Assembly: GCA_035631035.1 (NCBI GenBank)
Contig: DASQJL010000112.1
Location: 3,327 to 67,326, forward strand
Direction of reading: 5' to 3'
Length of the DNA stretch: 64,000 nt
DNA from: Candidatus Binatia bacterium
GTDB taxonomy: Bacteria > Eisenbacteria > RBG-16-71-46 > SZUA-252
Shown here: positions 24,863 through 34,097 of the stretch, one piece after another
Layout: each line of letters starts with the position of its first letter
Numbering within the stretch: the stretch's first letter is position 1
Made by a program: the position numbers and the translations under genes
The notes under the pieces: model-generated
Seen by the model: the letters and a program-made list of their open reading frames with translations, nothing else
Told to the model about the DNA's origin: nothing
The model's database searches: none

Positions 24863-25894
24863 ATGCGCCAGCAAGGGAAGGGCCCGGTCATCGGGGTGGA
24901 TGCCATGGGAGGCGACCTGGCGCCCCGCGTCGTGATCGAGGGCGCGCTCGAGGCGCTCGGCGAGCCGGGCGCCTCGTTCGACGTGGCCCTGATCGGTGAC
25001 GAGCGGGAGATCCAGGCCGAGGCCGACCGCCTCGGCGTCCGCGACCGTCTCCCCCGCGTGATCCACGCCGCCGAAGTGATCGAGATGGCCGAATCCGCGG
25101 CGCAGAGCGTCCGGAAGAAGCGCGACTCCTCGATCAGCGTCGCGGCCCGCCTGCACAAGAGCGGCGAGACCGACGCCCTCGTCTCCGCCGGGAACACCGG
25201 CGCGGTCGTCGCGGCCGCCCTCTTCGAGATCGGGCGCATCGCGCAGATCCACCGCCCCGCCATCGCCACCGTGCTGCCGACGCCCCAGGGGAACGTCGTG
25301 ATCCTGGACGTGGGCGCCACCTCCGACTGCAAACCGTCCCACCTCTACCAGTTCGCCGTCATGGGCAGCATCTACGCGCGCCTCGTGCTCGGGATCGAGC
25401 GCCCGCGCGTCGGCCTCCTGAACATCGGCGAGGAGGCGGAGAAGGGGAGCGAGCTCTACTACGAGGCGCACCAGCTCCTGAAGCGGAGCCCGATCCACTT
25501 CGTCGGAAACGTCGAGGGCAAGGACATCATCCTCGGCACGGCCGACGTGGTCGTGTGCGACGGCTTCGTCGGCAACGTGCTGCTCAAGTTCGCGGAGAGC
25601 GTGATTCCCAGCCTCTCCACCATGATCAAGGACGAGATCAGCGCCCACCCGCTCAGCATGACGGCCGGGCTGCTCCTGAAGCCCGCGTTTCGGCGGCTGA
25701 AGCGGCGCCTCGACTACGCCGAGGTCGGCGGCGCGCCGCTCCTGGGAGTGGACGGCACCTGCATCATCGGCCACGGCCGCTCCAACCCGCGCGCGATCAA
25801 GAACGCCATCAAGGTGGCCGCGCGCTGCGCCGAGGCGCGCGTGGCCGATTCGATCCGCCTGGAGCTGGAGCGCCTGACTCCGGCGGCCGCATGA
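24863..25894 (+). CDS. plsX: Phosphate acyltransferase PlsX
   Basis: Blocks: GVDAMGGD, LVSAGNTGA, GNVEG, VVCDGFVGNVLLK and GAPLLGVDG. Located between rpmF and fabH. Confidence 0.95.
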   Translation: MRQQGKGPVIGVDAMGGDLAPRVVIEGALEALGEPGASFDVALIGDEREIQAEADRLGVRDRLPRVIHAAEVIEMAESAAQSVRKKRDSSISVAARLHKSGETDALVSAGNTGAVVAAALFEIGRIAQIHRPAIATVLPTPQGNVVILDVGATSDCKPSHLYQFAVMGSIYARLVLGIERPRVGLLNIGEEAEKGSELYYEAHQLLKRSPIHFVGNVEGKDIILGTADVVVCDGFVGNVLLKFAESVIPSLSTMIKDEISAHPLSMTAGLLLKPAFRRLKRRLDYAEVGGAPLLGVDGTCIIGHGRSNPRAIKNAIKVAARCAEARVADSIRLELERLTPAAA

Positions 25895-26883
25895 TCGCGA
25901 CCGCGCGCGACGTCCACATCATCGGCACCGGGTCCCACACGCCCACGCGGGTCCTCACGAACAAGGACCTGGAACAGATCGTCGACACGTCCGACGAGTG
26001 GATCCAGAGCCGCACCGGCATCAAGGAGCGGCGGATCTCCGATCCGGCGACGCCCTCGTCGGTGCTCGCCACCGAGGCCGCGAAGAAGGCGCTCGCCGAC
26101 GCCAAGATCGACGGCTCGGCGCTGGACCAGATCATCGTCGGCACCGTGACGGGGGACCGCGTCTTCCCGTCCACCGCCTGCCTCCTGCAAGACAACCTGG
26201 GCGCCGCCAAGGCGCATGCCTTCGACATCTCGGCGGCGTGCGCGGGCTTCCTCTATGGGCTCTCGCTCGGCTACAACGCCATCCGCGTCGGCGCGGCCGA
26301 GACCGTGCTGGTGGTCGGCGTCGAGACCCTCTCGCGCATCGTGAACTGGACCGACCGGAACACCTGCGTGCTCTTCGGCGACGCCGCGGGCGCGGTCGTG
26401 CTCCGGTCGACCGGAACGCCCGGGGGGATCCTCGCGATCTGCCTCCACAGCGACGGATCGCTGGTCCACCTGCTCGAGATGCCGGCGGGGGGATCGCTCC
26501 GGCCGCCGTCGCACGAGACGGTGGACCAGCGCCTTCACACCATCACGATGAGCGGCAACGACGTCTTCAAGCACGCCGTGCGCGCCATGGAATCGGTCGC
26601 GATGGAGTGCCTGGACGCATCGGGACACACGCCCGAGGAGCTGGACCTGATCATCCCGCACCAGGCGAACCTCCGGATCATCGACGCCACCGCGCGAAGG
26701 CTGGGCCTGCCGCAGGAGAAGGTGTTCGTGAACGTGGACCGCTACGGGAACACCTCCTCCGCCTCGATTCCGCTCGCGATGGACGAGGCGCGCCGGACCG
26801 GGCGGATCGGGCCGGGGAGCCTGGTCGAGCTGGTCACCTTCGGTGGCGGCTTCACCTGGGCCGCGGCGATGGTGCAGTGGTGA
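25891..26883 (+). CDS. fabH: 3-oxoacyl-ACP synthase III
   Basis: ATG 25891 (ATGA overlap). Blocks: TSDEWIQSRTGIKERR, AFDISAACAGFLYGL (active Cys), IPHQANLRI and GNTSSASIP. Confidence 0.95.
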   Translation: MIATARDVHIIGTGSHTPTRVLTNKDLEQIVDTSDEWIQSRTGIKERRISDPATPSSVLATEAAKKALADAKIDGSALDQIIVGTVTGDRVFPSTACLLQDNLGAAKAHAFDISAACAGFLYGLSLGYNAIRVGAAETVLVVGVETLSRIVNWTDRNTCVLFGDAAGAVVLRSTGTPGGILAICLHSDGSLVHLLEMPAGGSLRPPSHETVDQRLHTITMSGNDVFKHAVRAMESVAMECLDASGHTPEELDLIIPHQANLRIIDATARRLGLPQEKVFVNVDRYGNTSSASIPLAMDEARRTGRIGPGSLVELVTFGGGFTWAAAMVQW

Positions 26884-27857
26884 GCGCGACCGACCGGGCG
26901 GGCGCGGCCTTCCTCTTTCCGGGGCAGGGCTCGCAGAGCGTCGGCATGGGGAAGGCGCTGGCCGAGCGCTATCCCGAGTCGCGCGCCGCGTTCGAGGAAG
27001 CGGACGCGGTCCTGGGCTTCGGCCTGGCGAAGCTCTGCTTCGAAGGGCCCGAGGAGGAGCTGACCCGGACCGAGAACACGCAGCCGGCGCTGCTCGCCAC
27101 GAGCGTCGCCGCGTTTCGCGCCCTGGAAGCGAAGGGTGTCGTGCCCACGGCTGCCGCGGGTCACAGCGCGGGAGAGTACGCCGCGCACGTCGCGGCGGGG
27201 ACCTTCTCCTACGCGGACGGGCTCCGGCTGATCCGGGCTCGCGGCGAGGCGATGGCCCACGCCGGGGACGAGCGTCCCGGATCGATGGCGGCGGTCCTCG
27301 GGCTCACGGCGGAGCAGATCGCCGAGGTGCTGCGGGCCGTGGGCGCGCCGCGCGACCTCGCGGCCGCCAACTACAACTCGCCGGGGCAGGTGGTCCTCTC
27401 CGGGACGCCCGAAGCGCTGGCCCGGGCGTCCGACGAGGCGAAGCGGCTCGGCGCGAAGCGGGTCGTGCCGCTCTCGGTGAGCGCCGCGTTCCATTCGCCC
27501 CTCATGGAGGCGGCGGCGCGCGGCCTGGCCGCGGCCTTGGACCAGGTGGCGTTCGCGCGCCCGCGCTTTCCGGTCTACGCCAACGTCTCGGCGAAGCCGG
27601 TGCGCGAGCCCGAGGAGGCGCGCGCGACGCTGAAGGAGCAGCTCCTCCAGCCGGTGCTCTGGGAGCCGACGATGCGCGCGCTCATCGAGAGCGGGACGCG
27701 CCGGTTCGTGGAGGTCGGAAACGGGCGGGTGCTGCGCGGCCTGGCGAAGAGCGTCGACCGCGAGCTTGCGCTCTTCGGCTCGCAGGACCCGGACGAAGTG
27801 GAAGCGGCCGCCGCGGCGGGCGCCGCGGCTTCCGCCGCGCCGGCGGCGCCCCGATGA
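26880..27857 (+). CDS. fabD: Malonyl CoA-ACP transacylase
   Basis: GTG 26880 (GTGA overlap). Blocks: AFLFPGQGSQ, TENTQPALL, AAGHSAGEYAA (GHSxG), NYNSPGQVVLSG and VSAAFHSPLM. Confidence 0.95.
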   Translation: MSATDRAGAAFLFPGQGSQSVGMGKALAERYPESRAAFEEADAVLGFGLAKLCFEGPEEELTRTENTQPALLATSVAAFRALEAKGVVPTAAAGHSAGEYAAHVAAGTFSYADGLRLIRARGEAMAHAGDERPGSMAAVLGLTAEQIAEVLRAVGAPRDLAAANYNSPGQVVLSGTPEALARASDEAKRLGAKRVVPLSVSAAFHSPLMEAAARGLAAALDQVAFARPRFPVYANVSAKPVREPEEARATLKEQLLQPVLWEPTMRALIESGTRRFVEVGNGRVLRGLAKSVDRELALFGSQDPDEVEAAAAAGAAASAAPAAPR

Positions 27858-28600
27858 GCGGACGGTTCGACACGCGGGTCGCCGTGGTGACGGGCGGCGC
27901 CAAGGGGATCGGGCTTGCGGTGTCGCGGCGTCTCGCCTGCGAGGGCGCCAAGGTGGTGCTCACGGGGAGGGACACGGCGGCGCTGGAGTCGGCCGCCGCC
28001 GAGATTCGCGCGATGGGAGCCGAAGCGCTTCCCCTCGCGGCCGACGCCGCTCGGGAACAGGAAGCCGACCGGGTCTGCGCGGCGACCCTCGAGGCGTTCG
28101 GGCGGGCCGACATCCTCGTGAACAACGCGGGGGTGACCAAGGACGGGCTGTTGCTCCGGATGAGCGACGAGGACTGGGACCTGGTCCTCACGACGAACTT
28201 GAAGGGGGCGTTCCGGATGATGCGCGCCTTCGCCAAGCCGATGATGAAGCAGCGGTGGGGGCGGATCGTGAACGTCTCGTCGGTGATCGGGCTGATCGGA
28301 AACGCGGGGCAGGCCAACTACGCCGCCTCCAAAGCCGGCCTCCTGGGACTGACGAAGGCCGTTGCTAAGGAGTTGGCATCACGTCATATTACGGTGAATG
28401 CGGTCGCGCCGGGGTTCATCGAGACCTCGATGACCGAGGGGCTGGGGGAGAAGGTCAGGGAGGGGCTGCAGTCGCAGATCCCCCTGGGCCGACTCGGCAG
28501 CCCCGACGACGTCGCGCACGCGGTGGCCTTCCTGTGCTCCGAGGAGGCCGGTTACGTGACGGGGCAGGTGCTGCCGGTCGATGGCGGCATGGTGATGTAG
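27854..28600 (+). CDS. fabG: 3-oxoacyl-ACP reductase
   Basis: ATG 27854 (ATGA overlap). Blocks: [30 protein letters not shown] (YxxxK), [11 protein letters not shown] and [10 protein letters not shown]. Confidence 0.95.
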   Translation: MSGRFDTRVAVVTGGAKGIGLAVSRRLACEGAKVVLTGRDTAALESAAAEIRAMGAEALPLAADAAREQEADRVCAATLEAFGRADILVNNAGVTKDGLLLRMSDEDWDLVLTTNLKGAFRMMRAFAKPMMKQRWGRIVNVSSVIGLIGNAGQANYAASKAGLLGLTKAVAKELASRHITVNAVAPGFIETSMTEGLGEKVREGLQSQIPLGRLGSPDDVAHAVAFLCSEEAGYVTGQVLPVDGGMVM

Positions 28601-28650
28601 CGTCCCGGAGGGTCGGGACGAATCTAAGCTCAGGGGAGGTGACCCAAGGG

Positions 28651-28899
28651 ATGGCAGCTTTCAGCGAAGATCGCGTGAAGCAGATCATCGTGGATCAGTT
28701 GGGCGTGGCGCCCGAGCAGGTGACTCCCGAGGCGTCGTTCATCGACGATCTCGGAGCCGACTCGCTCGACACGGTGGAGCTGGTCATGGCCCTCGAGGAG
28801 GCGTTCGACATCGAGATCCCCGACGAGGACGCGGAGAAGATGACCACGGTGGCGGACGCCATCAAGTATCTGGAATCCCACGTGCCCAAGAACGCCTAG
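28651..28899 (+). CDS. acpP: Acyl carrier protein
   Basis: ATG 28651 after GGGGAGG. It has the [19 protein letters not shown] phosphopantetheine site. Confidence 0.95.
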   Translation: MAAFSEDRVKQIIVDQLGVAPEQVTPEASFIDDLGADSLDTVELVMALEEAFDIEIPDEDAEKMTTVADAIKYLESHVPKNA

Positions 28900-29003
28900 A
28901 GCACGACTGAATCGCGCCTGATTCGGCGGCGCGCCCGGTGGTCGGGGCGCGACGGGAGCAAAACGGCGGGAACAAGAGCCAGGGAATGGGAGAAGCGGAG
29001 CGC

Positions 29004-30263
29004 ATGGTGCGTCGAGCGATAGAGCCGAGGCGGGTCGTGGTCACGGGCATGGGGGTCATTTCCCCGCTCGGGTCCGATCTCGCGCCGTTCTGGAAGCGGC
29101 TCACGGCGGGCGAGTCGGGGATCGGCCCCGTCACGCGTTTCGACATCACCCAATACGACACGCGGATGGCGGGCGAAGTGAAGGACTTCCGGGCCGAGGA
29201 CTACATGGACCGGAAGGACGCCCGCCGCGCCGACCTGTTCGTCCAGTACGCCGTCGCGGGCACCCGAAAGGCCGTCGCGCAGGCGAACATCCAGGACGGA
29301 AACGTCGATCCCAACCGCTACGGCGTGGTGATCGGCTCCGGCATCGGCGGCATCGCGACCTTCGAGGACCAGCACAAGAACCTCATGGAAAAAGGTCCTT
29401 CCCGCGTGAGCCCCTTCTTCATTCCAATGATGATCTCGGACATGGCCTCCGGCATGGTGTCGATCCAGTTCGGAGCCAAGGGTCCCAACTACTGCACGGT
29501 GTCGGCCTGCTCCTCGGGTGCGCACGCGGTGGGGGACGCCTATCGGATCATCCAGCGCGGCGAAGCGGACGTGATGATCACGGGCGGCAGCGAGGCGCCC
29601 ATCACGCCGGTCGCGTTCGCCGGTTTCTGCTCCATGAAGGCGATGTCCACACGCAACGACGAACCGACCCGGGCCTCGCGCCCCTTCGATTCCGAACGAG
29701 ACGGATTCGTGATGGGGGAAGGTGCCGGCATTCTGGTGCTCGAGGAATACGAGCACGCGAAGCGGCGCGGCGCGGCCGCCCTGGCGGAGATCGTCGGTTA
29801 TGGCGCTACGGGAGATGCCCATCACATGACCGCGCCCGCCCCCGAGGGTGAGGGTGCGGCGCGGGCCATGAGGGCGGCCGTCTGCGACTCGGGACTGTCC
29901 CTGGAGTCGTTCGGCTACATGAACGCCCACGGCACCTCCACGCCACTCAACGACAAGTTCGAAACACAAGCCATCAAGTCGGTGTTCGGGGAACACGCGA
30001 AGAAGCTGGCGATCAGCTCGACGAAATCGATGACGGGCCATCTTCTGGGCGCGGCGGGAGGACTGGAGACGATCATCTGCGTCCTGGCCCTCCAGAGCCA
30101 GTGCCTTCCCCCGACGATCAACTACGAGCACCCCGATCCCGACTGTGACCTCGACTACGTCCCCAACACTGCACGCCCGGTCGAGCTGCAGTCCGCCCTG
30201 AGCAATTCTCTGGGCTTTGGTGGGCACAACGTCACCCTGGCGTTGTCGAGGACCGTGGCATAA
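29004..30263 (+). CDS. fabF: 3-oxoacyl-ACP synthase II
   Basis: Track ORF 28938..30263, with the start taken at ATG 29004 ([23 protein letters not shown]). Blocks: [11 protein letters not shown] (active Cys), [18 protein letters not shown] and NSLGFGGHN. Confidence 0.9.
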   Translation: MVRRAIEPRRVVVTGMGVISPLGSDLAPFWKRLTAGESGIGPVTRFDITQYDTRMAGEVKDFRAEDYMDRKDARRADLFVQYAVAGTRKAVAQANIQDGNVDPNRYGVVIGSGIGGIATFEDQHKNLMEKGPSRVSPFFIPMMISDMASGMVSIQFGAKGPNYCTVSACSSGAHAVGDAYRIIQRGEADVMITGGSEAPITPVAFAGFCSMKAMSTRNDEPTRASRPFDSERDGFVMGEGAGILVLEEYEHAKRRGAAALAEIVGYGATGDAHHMTAPAPEGEGAARAMRAAVCDSGLSLESFGYMNAHGTSTPLNDKFETQAIKSVFGEHAKKLAISSTKSMTGHLLGAAGGLETIICVLALQSQCLPPTINYEHPDPDCDLDYVPNTARPVELQSALSNSLGFGGHNVTLALSRTVA

Positions 30264-30289
30264 GGCGGAGCCCACGGGCTCCGGACACT

Positions 30290-31642
30290 GTGAACTTCAT
30301 TCGAAAGCTGTTGGGGCTGGACGGCCCCAAGCCGCCCGCCCGAGGAAGCGCCCGCGATCGCGATTTCGATCTGCGGGGCCTCGAGCGGATCCTCCATTAC
30401 AACTTCAAGAACACGCAGCTCGCGCGCCAGGCGATGACCCATCGCTCCTATCTCCACGCCACCCCCGGACGGAGCGGCGAATCGAACGAGCGGATGGAAT
30501 TCCTCGGCGATTCGGTCGTCGGGCTCGTCGTGAACGAGTTCCTCTACAAGAAATTCACCAAGCTGCGCGAGGGCGAGCTGACGAAGATGAAATCGCTTCT
30601 CGTGAGCCGCGTCATCCTCTCGCGCGCCGCCAACCAGCTCGGGCTGGGGCACTACATCCTGCTCTCCGAAGCCGAGAAGGGCTCGGGCGGCCGGAACCGC
30701 GCTTCGATCCTGGCCGACACCCTCGAGGGGGTGATCGGCGCCATGTACCTGGACGGCGGAATCGAGCCGGCGCGGAAACTCACGGAGCGGCTCCTCCTGC
30801 GCGAGGTGAACGCCATCCTGAGCGACGCGAATCTCGCCAACTACAAGAGCATGCTGCAGGAGTACGTGCAGGGCGAGTTCAAGACCCACCCGCAGTACCG
30901 GATCTCCAGCGAGTACGGCCCCGACCATCAGAAGATGTTCACGGTCGAGGTCGTCGTGAGCGGGAAGACCTACGGCCGCGGGCACGGGAGCAACAAGAAG
31001 GAGGCCGAGCAGGAAGCGGCCCGCGACGCGCTCTTCCACTTCGAGAAGCTCGCCAATCCCGTCAAGGAAAAGGGCGCGGAGGGCGAGGTCGCGGCGGTGG
31101 ACAAGGGCTTGGCGGCGGGCGATCGGCGCCGCCGGCGTCGCGGCGGGCGCGGCCGCCGGAACGGGCGCGGACGCGAAGGAGAAGCGGTGTCCGCGGTCGG
31201 AACGCCGCACGCGGGGCCGGGACCGGCCGCGGCCGGAACGCCGGCGCACGGCGGCGGAAGCCACGGGCGGCACGCCTCGGGAGGCGAGCGTCGAGGCCGC
31301 CGCTCGCGCGATCGAGACCGGGACCGGGAGGCCCCGCGCGATCGCGAGGCGCCGCGCGAGTTCGAGCCGGTGCCGGCGCGCGACGAGTCCACGCGCGATG
31401 GTGAATCGCCGCGGGAGTACGAATCACCCGTCGATCACGACGCCCCGCGGGACTATGACACGCCGCGGGACTACGACACGCCGCGGGACCACGACGAGCC
31501 GCGGGAGCACGAGCCCTCGCGGGATGATTCCCACGAACGGGAAGGCTCCGACGACCGTTCCACCGACCGTTCCGGCGCGCGCAGCGAGAAGCCGGAGCCC
31601 GGTCGCGGATCACCCTATGCGGCGGCCCGCTTGCACGAGTAG
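30290..31642 (+). CDS. rnc: Ribonuclease III with ~200-aa Arg/Asp/Glu-rich C-terminal extension
   Basis: RNase III signature NERMEFLGDSVVG, then ADTLEGVIGAMYLDGG, then a dsRBD (NYKSMLQEYVQ...MFTVEVVVSGKTYGRGHGSNKKEAEQEAARDAL). The tail follows: RRRRRGGRGRRNGRGREG...RSRDRDRDREAPRDREAPREFEP...PRDYDTPRDYDTPRDHDEPREHEPSRD... Confidence 0.9.
   Translation: MNFIRKLLGLDGPKPPARGSARDRDFDLRGLERILHYNFKNTQLARQAMTHRSYLHATPGRSGESNERMEFLGDSVVGLVVNEFLYKKFTKLREGELTKMKSLLVSRVILSRAANQLGLGHYILLSEAEKGSGGRNRASILADTLEGVIGAMYLDGGIEPARKLTERLLLREVNAILSDANLANYKSMLQEYVQGEFKTHPQYRISSEYGPDHQKMFTVEVVVSGKTYGRGHGSNKKEAEQEAARDALFHFEKLANPVKEKGAEGEVAAVDKGLAAGDRRRRRRGGRGRRNGRGREGEAVSAVGTPHAGPGPAAAGTPAHGGGSHGRHASGGERRGRRSRDRDRDREAPRDREAPREFEPVPARDESTRDGESPREYESPVDHDAPRDYDTPRDYDTPRDHDEPREHEPSRDDSHEREGSDDRSTDRSGARSEKPEPGRGSPYAAARLHE
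31409..31534 (+). repeat. In-frame tandem 18-nt (hexapeptide) repeats inside the rnc tail
   Basis: Seven consecutive 18-nt units are present. The central ones are nearly identical: ccgcgggactatgacacg / ccgcgggactacgacacg / ccgcgggaccacgacgag / ccgcgggagcacgagccc. They encode PR(D/E)(Y/H)(D/E)x. Confidence 0.85.
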
Positions 31643-31659
31643 GCACCGGCTGGTATAAT
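31631..31659 (+). promoter_or_regulatory. Near-consensus extended -10 sigma-70 promoter overlapping the rnc stop
   Basis: TTGCAC (31631-31636), 17 nt ending in TGg, TATAAT (31654-31659). Confidence 0.5.
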
Positions 31660-31679
31660 CCACGCATCGTCTCGAGAGG

Positions 31680-31713
31680 GGAGGAAGGCTGACCGCCTTC
31701 CTCCATCCTTTTT
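31680..31713 (+). terminator. Rho-independent terminator / leader hairpin between rnc and the TPR gene
   Basis: A perfect 10-bp stem GGAGGAAGGC-tgacc-GCCTTCCTCC is followed by atccTTTTT. It is nested in an 8-bp outer helix, ATCGTCTC (31666-31673) paired with GAGACGAT (31717-31724). Confidence 0.7.
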
Positions 31714-31726
31714 CGGGAGACGATAC

Positions 31727-33406
31727 GTGACCATCAGCCTTCGACAGAGCTTCTTCCTTCTCGTTCTCGTCTTCACGGCGCCCGCCTTCGTCCCCCCGGT
31801 CGCACACGCCGACTCGCGCATGAATTCCTCGTACGGGATCCCGTCCGACCCCGTTCTGCTCGATCTTCTGACCCGCTCCGAGCTGGCCGAGGCCGCCGGG
31901 GACGGGGAGGCCGCCATCCAGTGGGCGGAATCGCTGGCCACGGCAGACCCCCGCAGCGCTTTCGGTTGCGCCCGCGCGGCGACCCTTCTCGAGACCATCG
32001 GCCAGGACAGCGAAGCCCTCGGCTGGGGACAGCGCGCCCTGGCCCGCGACAGCCTGAATCTGGACGCGGCCATGCTCGTGGCGCGGATGCACCTGCGCGG
32101 GGGAGAGAGCGACATCGCCGCCCAGGCGCTGACCCCCCCGCTCCGGATCCTGGGCGCGCCCCCCGAGGCGTATGCCCTCCGGGCGCTGGCCCACGAGCTT
32201 TCCAAACGCTATGACGCCGCCCTCGCGGATCTGAAGAGGACCGACGAGCTCCTGCCCGATTTTGCGTGGATTGCTACCGGGATCCTCGGCCTAGCGCTCG
32301 AGGATGGCCGGCTGGAGGAAGCGTCGCAGGCCCTTCAGTTGGCCCTGGAGCTGCGGTCCGACGACCCCCGCGTGCTGCACCTGGGGGTTTCGCTCGCCCA
32401 GCGCACCGACGACCCGGTGCTGGAAGAGCGCCTCCTGCGCACCCTCGCGCTCCAGTCCACCGCGCGGCCGACGGACATCGCCGCCTATGGGGCGTTCCTG
32501 GTCCGCGTGGGGAAGAAGGACGCGTTCCGGCAGCTCGAGGCCTGGGCCGATGCCGGCCCGATGCCGGCCGCCGACCTGCGCGCCGAGACGGGGGAGGCCC
32601 TGGTGCGCGAGGGGCGCTACCCCGAGGCGCTAGAGACCGTCCGGCCTCTGAAGGGCGACCCGCGCGCGATGCCGGTGCGCGCGCGCGCGTACGTCTCCCT
32701 GGGAGAGGATCGGAAGGCGCTCGAGTGCTACCGGATGCTGGTGCCGGGGCGGACGCTGTCGCGGGAGGAGTCGCTGGTCGTCGCGTATCTGGAAATTCGC
32801 GTGGGGGATCGCGCGCGTGGGGTGGAGACGCTCGAGCGCGCGCGGTCGGCGCGTCTCGACACCCCGCGTCAGGTTCTCACCGCGAGCCTGTGCTACTCTC
32901 TGCTCGGTTACCCGGACGAAGCGGTGGCGCTGATCCGCGATTCGGCCTCGCGCGGGGTCTCGAGCCCCTCGACTTTCGAGGAGCTGGGCTCGGCCGCGAC
33001 CGTGATCGGCGACTCGTTGGTCGCCCAGTGGGCGTTCGAACGGATGCGCGGTCTGGGGAAGGAGACCTCCGAGTGCCTGTTCTTCCTTGCCACGGCGGAG
33101 CTGTCGCAGGGCCGCGAGGAGCACGCCATGGCCACCCTGGAGCGTGCGGTCCGCCTGAACTCCCGCAACGGACGTGCCCTCCTGCTCCTGGGGAAACTCC
33201 GGAGCGACCGGGGCCAATTGGAGCTGGCGCGGGAGACCCTTCGCTCCGCCTCCGCCTGTCCCGAGACCTCCTACGAAGCAAATCGCGCTTTGGCAAAGGT
33301 TTGCAGGAGCCTCCGGCTGGACGCCGAGGCCCGCGAGGCGGAATCGAAATCACGTGGGGCGCGGCCCCGTCCCTCTGCCGGCCTCACCCTCTTCCAGGAT
33401 CGCTAA
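31727..33406 (+). CDS. Secreted TPR-repeat protein (559 aa)
   Basis: Track ORF with a GTG start. The signal peptide is FFLLVLVFTAPAFVPPVAHA|DS. It is a long array of helical TPR-like repeats rich in A/L/R/E. Confidence 0.8.
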   Translation: MTISLRQSFFLLVLVFTAPAFVPPVAHADSRMNSSYGIPSDPVLLDLLTRSELAEAAGDGEAAIQWAESLATADPRSAFGCARAATLLETIGQDSEALGWGQRALARDSLNLDAAMLVARMHLRGGESDIAAQALTPPLRILGAPPEAYALRALAHELSKRYDAALADLKRTDELLPDFAWIATGILGLALEDGRLEEASQALQLALELRSDDPRVLHLGVSLAQRTDDPVLEERLLRTLALQSTARPTDIAAYGAFLVRVGKKDAFRQLEAWADAGPMPAADLRAETGEALVREGRYPEALETVRPLKGDPRAMPVRARAYVSLGEDRKALECYRMLVPGRTLSREESLVVAYLEIRVGDRARGVETLERARSARLDTPRQVLTASLCYSLLGYPDEAVALIRDSASRGVSSPSTFEELGSAATVIGDSLVAQWAFERMRGLGKETSECLFFLATAELSQGREEHAMATLERAVRLNSRNGRALLLLGKLRSDRGQLELARETLRSASACPETSYEANRALAKVCRSLRLDAEAREAESKSRGARPRPSAGLTLFQDR

Positions 33407-33470
33407 CCCCCGGGACTTCAGGAACCTGCTCTCCCGGGGCGGGGTACCTAGGGCTAGTCCGGAGCCGAAC

Positions 33471-34097
33471 GTGCCCATCGAGTCCTTGCGATTGAAAAAG
33501 CTCGACCCTCTCGCCGAGCTCAGTGATGAAGACGTCATGGAGCGCTGTGCCCAAGGCTCCGAGGCGGCCTTCCGCACCCTCGTGCAGCGGTACCGCTCTC
33601 GCATCATGAACCTGGTGTGCCGGTTCATCAACGACCGGGACCGGGCCGAGGAGATCGCGCAGGAGGTCTTCCTCCGCGTCTTCCGCAACCGCGAGCGCTA
33701 CCGGAAGAGCGGCAAGTTCTCGACGTGGATCTTCACGATCGCCGTCAATCTCACGAAGAACGAGATCCGGAGCCGCGTGCGGCACCGCGGCACGTACAGC
33801 CTGGACGCCATGGACGAGGAGTCCGGCGGACAGGGGCTTCCGTTCCCCGACTGGAAGCCGCTGCCCGACGCGGACCTGAATGCGCGTGAAATACAGAGCA
33901 AGGTCGCCGAGGCGCTTCGCAAAATCCCCCCGCGCTATCGCGAGGCGGTCGTGCTCCGGGACGTGGAAGGACTCAGCTACGAGGAAGTCGGCGAGATCCT
34001 CCGCATCCCCGGCGGGACCGTGCGATCGCGGATCAACCGCGCGCGACTGATGCTCAAGGAACGGCTCAAGCCCTACTTGAAACTGGAGGACGTATGA
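33471..34097 (+). CDS. ECF-type RNA polymerase sigma factor (sigma-70 family, RpoE-like)
   Basis: GTG 33471 in track ORF 33174..34097, with GGAG 6 nt upstream. Region 2 reads FRTLVQRYRSRIMNLVCRFINDRDRAEEIAQEVFLRVF...FSTWIFTIAVNL. Region 4 reads YREAVVLRDVEGLSYEEVGEILRIPGGTVRSRINRAR. Confidence 0.9.
   Translation: MPIESLRLKKLDPLAELSDEDVMERCAQGSEAAFRTLVQRYRSRIMNLVCRFINDRDRAEEIAQEVFLRVFRNRERYRKSGKFSTWIFTIAVNLTKNEIRSRVRHRGTYSLDAMDEESGGQGLPFPDWKPLPDADLNAREIQSKVAEALRKIPPRYREAVVLRDVEGLSYEEVGEILRIPGGTVRSRINRARLMLKERLKPYLKLEDV

Noticed and set aside
31409-31534. Tandem 18-nt repeats, considered as a possible CRISPR-like or noncoding repeat array
   Set aside because: The units are contiguous with no spacers. 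They are in frame and encode a hexapeptide repeat within the rnc ORF.
33421-33449. A GGAACC motif upstream of the ECF sigma gene, considered as a possible autoregulated ECF -35
   Set aside because: No GTC/CGTC-type -10 lies at the expected 16-17 nt spacing.
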